IMG/VR virus record: IMGVR_UViG_3300043409_000956
Coordinates: 1-64,000 of that record
Source of the DNA: a virus
Reading direction: 5' to 3' (one strand)
Length of the DNA stretch: 64,000 nt
Below, piece after piece: positions 29,245-37,069 of this stretch. The notes below the pieces were generated by a model that was given only the letters and a program-made list of their open reading frames with translations, made no database searches and was not told where the DNA came from. The position numbers were made by a program, and so were the translations under genes. Within the stretch, counting starts at the first letter, position 1. Each line of letters opens with the position of its first letter.

Positions 29245-29448
29245 ATGAAAAACTATATATTTGTAGCAGGATTATGTTTAGCGGTGGCATCGACTGTACA
29301 TGCAGGTGGCGAGGAAAAGAAGGTCTGCGAAGACAAAAAAGACAAAGCCGGTAAAGTTGTTAACGGCAAAGACGGCAAGCCACAGCAGACCTGTAAAACC
29401 ATCAAGGTGCACAAAAAGGTTGAAGGCGAAAAAGTTCCCACCAAGTAA
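29245..29448 (+). CDS. Small secreted Lys-rich protein
   Basis: Signal peptide (VHA/G) and two Cys. Confidence 0.65.
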   Translation: MKNYIFVAGLCLAVASTVHAGGEEKKVCEDKKDKAGKVVNGKDGKPQQTCKTIKVHKKVEGEKVPTK

Positions 29449-29463
29449 ATTGGCACTACTCCC

Positions 29464-29504
29464 AAACCGGACTGGTTGACTCTGTCCGGTTTCTCGTTTA
29501 TAAT
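29464..29504 (+). promoter_or_regulatory. Terminator-like hairpin fused with a sigma70 promoter for dnaJ
   Basis: Stem AAACCGGAC/GTCCGGTTT; TTGACT (29476) in the loop, 17 nt spacer, TATAAT (29499). Confidence 0.72.
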
Positions 29505-29511
29505 AAGAGAT

Positions 29512-30354
29512 ATGACTCATTATGCCACATTAGGTGTTGCCGAAACAGCAACCGCAGACGAAATTAAACGAGCATATCGCGGTCTTGCATCTAAACATCA
29601 CCCCGACAAGGGTGGAGATACACAACGGTTCCAAGAGATACAGGCCGCATACGCTGTACTAGAAGACTCCAACCGGCGGGCACAGTATGATCAAGAGCGT
29701 CGTAATCCTGGTGGTGGTTTTAGATTTAATGTAAATGGTCAAGATTTCGATCAAATGCCTCCAGAAATGGAAAATATATTTAGAAACTTTGGATTTCCGG
29801 GCAGTCCGTTTGGGGCACAACGCCATCCTAGAAAGAATAAAGATCTAAGAGTTGAAGTAGTAATGCCCTTGGCTGAAACACTACAAGAACAAAAGAAAAC
29901 ATTGAGTGTACAGACCACAACAGGCCACAGGGAAACAGTAGAAGTAACAGTACCAAGGGGCATACACACAGGATCACAAATAAAATATCCCGGCCTGGGG
30001 GATAACATGTTCAACACACTACCACGTGGGGATCTTTATATTGTGTTTACTGTGCCACCAGATCCCAAGTTTAAAGTAGACGGCGTTGATTTAATATCTA
30101 GAGTAGCAATTAATTGCTTAGATGCCATCACAGGTGGGGTCACAGAGATTACAGGGTTAGACGGGCGTGTGTTTGAACTACAGATACCTGTGGGAACACA
30201 ACCTGGTACCCTGATGCGTGTGCGCGGAGAAGGATTGTATCATTTAAATCATACTGTTCGTGGCAATTTGTTGGTTGAAATTGTTGTTAGTGTGCCACAG
30301 AACCTGACTGAAACACAGTTAGAATTAATCCGACAAATTCAGTCTAACCAATAA
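29512..30354 (+). CDS. dnaJ: DnaJ/CbpA-type chaperone (no Zn finger)
   Basis: J-domain with HPD motif, G/F linker and C-terminal GDLY/GNLLV motifs. Confidence 0.92.
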   Translation: MTHYATLGVAETATADEIKRAYRGLASKHHPDKGGDTQRFQEIQAAYAVLEDSNRRAQYDQERRNPGGGFRFNVNGQDFDQMPPEMENIFRNFGFPGSPFGAQRHPRKNKDLRVEVVMPLAETLQEQKKTLSVQTTTGHRETVEVTVPRGIHTGSQIKYPGLGDNMFNTLPRGDLYIVFTVPPDPKFKVDGVDLISRVAINCLDAITGGVTEITGLDGRVFELQIPVGTQPGTLMRVRGEGLYHLNHTVRGNLLVEIVVSVPQNLTETQLELIRQIQSNQ

Positions 30355-30366
30355 ATATTTTAAAGG

Positions 30367-30395
30367 TTGCGTATGTACAGGATTTGCTGTATACT
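30367..30395 (+). promoter_or_regulatory. Sigma70-type promoter for the Clp ATPase
   Basis: TTGCGT-17 nt-TATACT. Confidence 0.55.
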
Positions 30396-30418
30396 TATAT
30401 CACAACAATATCATAAAC

Positions 30419-32698
30419 ATGATGACAATCCAACCGAATCCCGAAATTGAAGTAATTGTTAACTCAGCTATTAAATCAGCTAAAGAACTTAACCACGAAT
30501 ATGTAACCCTTGAGCATCTACTCAAAGCGGTTGTGTTGTACAAGCCATTTTACGAGCTTTGTCAAAATTTTGGTGCCGATATTGACAGCATGGTAATCGA
30601 GTTACATCAATATCTTGTATCACAAACATATCTGGTCAGCACAGAGAATGGCTGCGAGCCAAAGAAAACACATGCCCTGGAGCGTATGTTTAATCGTGCC
30701 TTTACACAGGTGTTGTTCAGTGGACGCACACACATACAAGTGATTGATATCTTCCTAAGTATGTCCAACGAGGCAAATAGTCATGCCGCATACTTCATGC
30801 TCAAATACGGTCTGGATAGACAAAAGTTAATTGAATTTTATAATGAGAATTATCAAGAGTCCAAACAAGTAAAGGCCGCTCGCAAGTTGCGGACACATGA
30901 TGTACTTGATGAGTATTGTACCAACCTCAGTGAGTCTGCCGCGGCCGGCAACATTGATCCAGTGATTGGTCGTGAATTTGAGATTAACGAAATAGCACAG
31001 GTCCTGGCCAAACGCAACAAGTCAAATATCTTAATGGTGGGTGATCCCGGTGTGGGTAAAACAGCCATTGCAGAAGGACTGGCAAGAAACATCTTTAATA
31101 AAGAAGTGCCCGACTACCTACATGATTACACAGTATTCAATTTGGACATTGGCAGTATCCTGGCGGGCAGTAAATACCGCGGTGAGTTTGAAGAAAAAGT
31201 CAAAGACGTTATTGAAGCATTGATTGCACGTGGCAAGTGTATCCTGTTCATAGACGAGGCACATCAAATGCAGGGCGCAGGCTCAGGCAGTCAAAGTAGT
31301 GTGGACTTTGGTAACATGATCAAACCTGCACTGAGCAAGGGACAGATCAAAGTCATTGCAAGTACCACGTGGGAAGAATACTCACAGAGCTTTGAAAAGG
31401 ATCGTGCGTTGATGCGTCGATTCCATAGACTGTCAATTGATGAACCTACTCCAGCAGTGGCCAAAGATATCTTGCGTGGCTTGCGTGGATACTTTGAAGA
31501 GTTCCATGGCGGCATTATTGATGATACAGCCATTGAAAGTGCTGTTGATCTAAGTGTACGCTATCAAACCGACAAGCGCCTGCCCGACAAAGCAATTGAC
31601 TTGATAGACAGCGCCTGTGCCAGAGTCAAGTTGGTAGAAAAAGAGTGGGTTGTGGCCAAGAGTCACATCATTGACACCCTGAGCAAGTTCACAAAGATAC
31701 CTGCAGATCAAATTGGTGCAGAAACTGTGCGTAGTTTAGATAACTTAGAAGGCAACATCAAAGCCAAGTTGTATGGACAGGAACAAGTTGTTGATACAAT
31801 CTTAGAACGTATATATGTCAGCCGGGCAGGACTCAAAGGCATCAACAAACCCATTGGTAGTTTTCTATTCATTGGACCCACCGGCACAGGTAAAACTGAA
31901 CTTGCTAAACTCCTGGCCGAAAACCTCGGGATGAAACTATTAAGATACGATATGAGTGAGTACCAAGAACGGCATTCGGCCAGCAAACTGATCGGTGCAC
32001 CCCCGGGGTATGTAGGCTATGAAGACAGCAACTTAGGTGGTGGCATGCTGATCAGCGATCTAGAAAAGAACACCAATGCAGTCATCTTGTTTGATGAAAT
32101 TGAAAAAGCACACCCAGACGTTAGCAATGTACTACTACAGTTGATGGATGAAGGTACGATTACCTCGAGCAATGGCAAAAAAGCAGATGCACGTAATGCC
32201 ATCATCATCATGACCAGTAACTTGGGAGCCGCAGACAATGAACGTAACAGCATTGGATTTAGCTCACCGGAAAAAACTGGTGAAGACGACAAGGCTGTTA
32301 AGGAATTCTTTAAGCCTGAGTTCCGTAATCGCCTGGATGGTATTTGTAAGTTTAACCGACTAGATAAGTTAAGTATTAAGAAAGTAGTTGCCAAGTTCAT
32401 TAACGAAGTCAACGACTTGTTAAGTGAAAAGACTATTAAGATTCGATTGACCGAGTCCGCTGTAGACTATTTGGCTGAAGTTGGATATGATAGCAAGATG
32501 GGTGCAAGACCACTAGGTCGTAAAATTAACGATTTGATCAAAGTACCGCTAAGTAAAAAGATACTATTTGAGCGTGTATCCCCAAATAGTAGTATTACTG
32601 TGGACTGGACTGGAACTGAATTTACATTCGATAGCAGAATTTGCATTGAAGCACCCCCCACTGTGGATGAGCATGGATACATCGTACTGGAAAAATAA
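30419..32698 (+). CDS. clpA: ClpA-like Clp/Hsp100 ATPase
   Basis: Clp N-domain; two AAA modules (GDPGVGKT, GPTGTGKT); KYRGEFE, LPDKAIDL, GAPPGYVG and an IGF loop; no ClpB middle domain. Confidence 0.92.
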   Translation: MMTIQPNPEIEVIVNSAIKSAKELNHEYVTLEHLLKAVVLYKPFYELCQNFGADIDSMVIELHQYLVSQTYLVSTENGCEPKKTHALERMFNRAFTQVLFSGRTHIQVIDIFLSMSNEANSHAAYFMLKYGLDRQKLIEFYNENYQESKQVKAARKLRTHDVLDEYCTNLSESAAAGNIDPVIGREFEINEIAQVLAKRNKSNILMVGDPGVGKTAIAEGLARNIFNKEVPDYLHDYTVFNLDIGSILAGSKYRGEFEEKVKDVIEALIARGKCILFIDEAHQMQGAGSGSQSSVDFGNMIKPALSKGQIKVIASTTWEEYSQSFEKDRALMRRFHRLSIDEPTPAVAKDILRGLRGYFEEFHGGIIDDTAIESAVDLSVRYQTDKRLPDKAIDLIDSACARVKLVEKEWVVAKSHIIDTLSKFTKIPADQIGAETVRSLDNLEGNIKAKLYGQEQVVDTILERIYVSRAGLKGINKPIGSFLFIGPTGTGKTELAKLLAENLGMKLLRYDMSEYQERHSASKLIGAPPGYVGYEDSNLGGGMLISDLEKNTNAVILFDEIEKAHPDVSNVLLQLMDEGTITSSNGKKADARNAIIIMTSNLGAADNERNSIGFSSPEKTGEDDKAVKEFFKPEFRNRLDGICKFNRLDKLSIKKVVAKFINEVNDLLSEKTIKIRLTESAVDYLAEVGYDSKMGARPLGRKINDLIKVPLSKKILFERVSPNSSITVDWTGTEFTFDSRICIEAPPTVDEHGYIVLEK

Positions 32699-33383
32699 AA
32701 ATCACTCGGTCAAATTTGAAGAAACTACCAAACAGTTTTTTGGAAAATACTTGTATCGATTAAAAATGTCTGTTCCTGGTGGGCGTATTATATACGAGAA
32801 TAGAGATTATGCTGAGGCAGTTGAATCAAGGCGCCATTTCCGACAGTTTAATCCTGGCGGATACTGGGGCAAAGGTACATTAAATACAGATAGTATAGAT
32901 GTAGGATTACTATATGCTATTCGCGAGTTAAAAGACACTAATCCAAATATCAAAATGCGTGTGGAAGAGCCCGAGATACAGTTCTACGCTGAGTCTGAAG
33001 CGGAGTTAAAAGCTATATCCATTAAGCTAGGGGCAAAATACAATACCGCACTATTGTCAATATCTGGTCCTGCCAGTGACTCCACACAACAACTGCTAAA
33101 AACTGGCGTAATTATACGCAAAAAAGAATTTGGGTACAAGTATAAGATTATATTGCGTGATTGTCGTTGTGAAATTGATACTAAACAACAAATTCTCAAC
33201 TACATGGAGGGCATGGGCGCAGACGAAGTCAAAGTTTCTGCGGGAACTAAACGTATGCTTGGCTCAAAGTACAACGGATTCTGGGGGATTTGGTTTTATG
33301 CCAACGACGAGAAAGTTATAACTTTTTTAGAACTAATACATCCAGGTTGTGTATTAAATATTCATCCAGTGGTCGTTGCCTAA
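32673..33383 (+). CDS. Hypothetical protein
   Basis: About 236-aa ORF overlapping the clpA end. Confidence 0.65.
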   Translation: MDTSYWKNKNHSVKFEETTKQFFGKYLYRLKMSVPGGRIIYENRDYAEAVESRRHFRQFNPGGYWGKGTLNTDSIDVGLLYAIRELKDTNPNIKMRVEEPEIQFYAESEAELKAISIKLGAKYNTALLSISGPASDSTQQLLKTGVIIRKKEFGYKYKIILRDCRCEIDTKQQILNYMEGMGADEVKVSAGTKRMLGSKYNGFWGIWFYANDEKVITFLELIHPGCVLNIHPVVVA

Positions 33384-33413
33384 ATAAATACTTGTATATT
33401 CAAGGAGAAGCCC

Positions 33414-33578
33414 ATGGCTAAGATTCAAGAAGAGATAATTGTCATTACCATCAGTAAACTAGTTAAAAACGACGATGCCGGGCATGATATTGCAAACACA
33501 GAAACTTTAACAGCATTGGCATCTGTAGCAGAAGAACTACTGGGTCAGGGCGTGGTAGTTGAAGTTAACAAAGCATAA
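33414..33578 (+). CDS. Small hypothetical protein (54 aa, not in the ORF track)
   Basis: MAKIQEEIIVITISKLVK...; AAGGAG RBS and TAAATA upstream. Confidence 0.72.
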   Translation: MAKIQEEIIVITISKLVKNDDAGHDIANTETLTALASVAEELLGQGVVVEVNKA

Positions 33579-33599
33579 ACAAACCTAAGAAAGTAATCA

Positions 33600-34499
33600 A
33601 TGAGTAAAGAAAAAAAGATTAATCAATCTGCCGCTGTAGAGTTGATCAAAAAAGCCGCGGCTGCCAGGGCGCAACAACAAACACAAGCACCTGCACAACA
33701 ACCAGGTCCGGGTGTACCGTTTGACTTTAGTAAAACACATCTACACATCGGCATTCCTTGTTATGGTGGTATGGTTAGTGAACCCACCATGACCAGCTTC
33801 TTGCGTTTTATCTTGTTGGCACAACAGGCAGGCTTAAATTGGAGCCTAGACACCATGGTCAACGAATCATTGGTTACTCGTGCTCGTAATAACTTGATGG
33901 CCAAGATGATGACCAACACAGCGGCCACACATTTTATGTTCATCGACGCAGACATTCGCTTTGAACCAGATGCTATTCTTAAAATGATTGCCTGTGACAA
34001 GGATGTCATTGGCGGACTGTATCCCAAGAAAGCCCTGCCAGTCAACTATGTGATTAACCTGCGTCCGGAAACTAAGATCCAAGGTGATATCTTCACTGTA
34101 GACACAATGGGCACAGGCTTCTTGTTGTTCAAGCGTCATGTGTACGAGAAACTGATTGCGGCACATCCAGAGTGCAAGTATGTTGACGATGTTGGCCTGG
34201 GCAAACAGTATGAGCCAATGATGTATAGTATCTTTGATTGTAACATTGATGCCCGCGGACACTATCTAAGTGAAGATTGGTTGTTCTGCAGACGCTGGGC
34301 GGCCATTGGTGGCGAGATTTGGGCACACGGTAAAGTGTTGTTGAACCACATCGGACACTATGAGTTTGCTGGTGACTTGAGCAAGATGCCAAAATTTGGC
34401 GATGAAGCCAGTAGTGCATTGCCAGGCGGAGCACCAGCCGCACTACGAGATGCTATCAATATGGCTGCCAAGGGCGCACCACAGGCCATCACAACCTAA
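33600..34499 (+). CDS. Glycosyltransferase-like protein (GT-A fold)
   Basis: IPCYGG, ESLVTRARN, FIDADI (DxD), GTGFLL and LSEDWLFC motifs. Confidence 0.8.
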   Translation: MSKEKKINQSAAVELIKKAAAARAQQQTQAPAQQPGPGVPFDFSKTHLHIGIPCYGGMVSEPTMTSFLRFILLAQQAGLNWSLDTMVNESLVTRARNNLMAKMMTNTAATHFMFIDADIRFEPDAILKMIACDKDVIGGLYPKKALPVNYVINLRPETKIQGDIFTVDTMGTGFLLFKRHVYEKLIAAHPECKYVDDVGLGKQYEPMMYSIFDCNIDARGHYLSEDWLFCRRWAAIGGEIWAHGKVLLNHIGHYEFAGDLSKMPKFGDEASSALPGGAPAALRDAINMAAKGAPQAITT

Positions 34500-34508
34500 G
34501 GAAACGAT

Positions 34509-34982
34509 ATGTCAATGGAAAAGATACACTTTAAGATCAAACTCAGTGGAACATATTGGGATAAACGACCACACTATGTTATTCTAATAGATGATCAAGA
34601 GTGTGTCAATGCCTACATTACAAAAGATTCCGATGAAGTAGAATATGTTGAATTTGATTGTAGTGTGGAAGAAGACACCGAGCATGTTTTACGCATACAG
34701 TTTGACAATAAAGCACAAGAAGATACAGTCACAGATGTTGCAGATCCCAATAATCATGTAATTATCAAAGACATGTTATTAAACATCATAGACATTGAAG
34801 TTGATGATATTGAATTAGGTACCTTAACCCAGATGTTAAGCGTATTTAAATATGATGAGCCCCGTGATTGGCCCGAACCCAATAGCACAGAGTGGGCCAA
34901 CTGTGTTAATCTTGGTTTTAACGGTACGTATGAGCTTAAATTTAGTAGTCCATTTTACCTCTGGCTACTAGAGAACATATAA
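34509..34982 (+). CDS. Hypothetical protein
   Basis: 157-aa acidic beta-rich ORF. Confidence 0.65.
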   Translation: MSMEKIHFKIKLSGTYWDKRPHYVILIDDQECVNAYITKDSDEVEYVEFDCSVEEDTEHVLRIQFDNKAQEDTVTDVADPNNHVIIKDMLLNIIDIEVDDIELGTLTQMLSVFKYDEPRDWPEPNSTEWANCVNLGFNGTYELKFSSPFYLWLLENI

Positions 34983-34985
34983 ACT

Positions 34986-35005
34986 GGCCCGCAAGGGCCT
35001 TTTTT
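34986..35005 (+). terminator. Rho-independent terminator
   Basis: GGCCC-GCAA-GGGCC-TTTTTT (GNRA tetraloop). Confidence 0.9.
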
Positions 35006-35027
35006 GTTTCCTGCTAAATACAGTACT

Positions 35028-35633
35028 ATGTTTATTTTTGAACTGTTTGAAGCAAAACCAGCCGAAAAGACTGTGGTCATATTGCCCGGTGGGTTCCATC
35101 CCTTTCATCCCGGGCACCTGAGTCTGTACACTTCGGCACAGAAGATGTTTCCTGGTGCTGATATCTACTACGCGGCCACCAACGACAAGGCCAATAGACC
35201 ATTTGACATTGCAGACAAAGCACGATTAGCACAAATTGCTGGTGTTCCCCCAGGACATTTTGTACAAGTTAAGAGCCCTTTCCAAGCCAAAGAAATTACC
35301 GCCAATTACGATCCAGCCACAACTGTATTAGTATTTGCCCGTAGTATCAAAGACCGAGATGAACCACCACACGCAGGTGGCGTCAAGAAGGATGGCAATC
35401 CTGCATACTTACAACCTTACAGTAAAAACCCTGCTCCAATGAGTCAGCATGGTTATATGGCTTACTTGCCTACTGTGGAATTTGCCGCAGGTCCCAGTGG
35501 CATTACTAGTGCTACGCAAATTCGTACAATGTGGCCCAAAGCCACACCAGAACAAAAAGCCGAGATTGTCAGCGACTTGTATCCCAAGAACCCCCGGGCC
35601 GCACATCAGATTCTAGACAAATACCTAGGATAA
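35028..35633 (+). CDS. Cytidylyltransferase-like (HxGH) nucleotidyltransferase
   Basis: PGGFHPFHPGH and SATQIR motifs. Confidence 0.78.
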   Translation: MFIFELFEAKPAEKTVVILPGGFHPFHPGHLSLYTSAQKMFPGADIYYAATNDKANRPFDIADKARLAQIAGVPPGHFVQVKSPFQAKEITANYDPATTVLVFARSIKDRDEPPHAGGVKKDGNPAYLQPYSKNPAPMSQHGYMAYLPTVEFAAGPSGITSATQIRTMWPKATPEQKAEIVSDLYPKNPRAAHQILDKYLG

Positions 35634-35636
35634 TAC

Positions 35637-35918
35637 ATGTTACGACACGCCGAATTAAAATTTAATGTTCATTGTTATTACAGCGGTACCAACCCAAGAT
35701 ACCGAGTGTATGTTGATAACGATTTAATTACAGAGCGCACATTTGTTTGGAGATCTGGCGAACAGTATATAGAAGAAACAGTTATCATTGAAGCACCTGC
35801 GGGAACACATCGACTACGAGTGGAAAATGTTGATCCGGCATTGGGTACATTTAGTGTAGAGAATATAAAGTTAGACGGAATCACTCCTGCTGGGAATACC
35901 GTATTCGAAATAGTATAA
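35637..35918 (+). CDS. Hypothetical protein
   Basis: 93-aa ORF. Confidence 0.65.
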   Translation: MLRHAELKFNVHCYYSGTNPRYRVYVDNDLITERTFVWRSGEQYIEETVIIEAPAGTHRLRVENVDPALGTFSVENIKLDGITPAGNTVFEIV

Positions 35919-35947
35919 CATAAATATAGCATAACCAGGATTAGGAT

Positions 35948-36436
35948 ATGAAACCAACAGATTTTATTGTAGAACACAACCCATTTATAGCACAAGATGC
36001 CAATGAAATGCACGGCGACCACGAAGTACAAATGGCCCGAGCTGATTGTTATAATGCCGCAGACTATGCCATCAAACTACATAAGATTTTGCAAGGTATA
36101 AAAGAGACTGGACAACTAGAAGGTTGGGTCAGCGAAAAGATCACCCTGGCCAACGACTACTTGCGTACTGTTTATGAGTACTTGAGTTACGAAAATCGTG
36201 AACAAGAATCGGGCGCAATGCCTGCGTTTGCTTATGAATCTGCTGATCGTCGATTTGAAGAAGTTGTGGCAGAGTCTGCCAGTATTGGTGCCAGTGTCTC
36301 AGGTGGTATGGCCATTGGTGCAGTAGGTTCCGCAACTCCCATGCAACGCCGTGTCAAGCAAGAGTCAGCTGCCACTAAAAAGTATGGCAACGCAATGAAA
36401 ACAAAACAGCCCAAGATTGGTAAAGGCGTTTATTAA
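35948..36436 (+). CDS. Hypothetical late protein (possible internal head protein)
   Basis: TAAATA upstream; DHEVQMAR...LEGWVSEKITLA.DYL motif. Confidence 0.65.
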   Translation: MKPTDFIVEHNPFIAQDANEMHGDHEVQMARADCYNAADYAIKLHKILQGIKETGQLEGWVSEKITLANDYLRTVYEYLSYENREQESGAMPAFAYESADRRFEEVVAESASIGASVSGGMAIGAVGSATPMQRRVKQESAATKKYGNAMKTKQPKIGKGVY

Positions 36437-37068
36437 TGAGTATGCGTGATCTATTAACCCAGCTGTCAGCGTTGGAAGAAGGTTCCAAGGTTCGATTTGC
36501 CGGCGAGCCCAAACAACGGCCCGGCGATCAAGTGCGTGGCACAGATCGGGCCGTGGGTAAAAAAGGTCAACATCCATTTCAAAATCGCTTGGTTGGTGGT
36601 GAAAGCATCCTGCGTGATTTAGAAGCCGCATTGCACGAAACACCTGTTAGAGACTTGATGCGTGAGTATCAAGACTTTGTCAACGAAGCTCCTGTTCCTC
36701 CCGTGCCCGCTCCAGCAGGTCAACAACAAAATCCCAATCCCAATCCCAATCAACCAAATCAAGATCCAGCAATTTTAGCCGCACAGGCCAAACTTGCACA
36801 ACAACAAAAAACCAAACAAGATGCCGCATTGCAACAAGGTATCTCTAAATTAAAATCAGCTGGTGCTGATGTTGACATGCAGACCATGAATGACAAAAAC
36901 AATGATCTAGCGCCGGTATTAGCACCCATCATGAGCAACCCACAGCTACAAGGCAAATTCCAAGAATTAATCAAACAGGCCAATGCCGAGCAAAAGAAAC
37001 AACAACAAGCACAACAGACTGCCGTGCCCGCAGGTGCTGTTGGCGCACCAGTTCCAGGACAGAAATAA
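36436..37068 (+). CDS. Hypothetical Gln/Pro-rich protein (possible internal head protein)
   Basis: 210-aa ORF with low-complexity Q/P/N segments. Confidence 0.65.
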   Translation: MSMRDLLTQLSALEEGSKVRFAGEPKQRPGDQVRGTDRAVGKKGQHPFQNRLVGGESILRDLEAALHETPVRDLMREYQDFVNEAPVPPVPAPAGQQQNPNPNPNQPNQDPAILAAQAKLAQQQKTKQDAALQQGISKLKSAGADVDMQTMNDKNNDLAPVLAPIMSNPQLQGKFQELIKQANAEQKKQQQAQQTAVPAGAVGAPVPGQK

Positions 37069-37069
37069 T

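Noticed and set aside
36727-36762. CCCAAT microsatellite as a contingency locus
   Set aside because: It is a short in-frame Asn-Pro low-complexity linker, and a 6-nt unit would not shift the frame.
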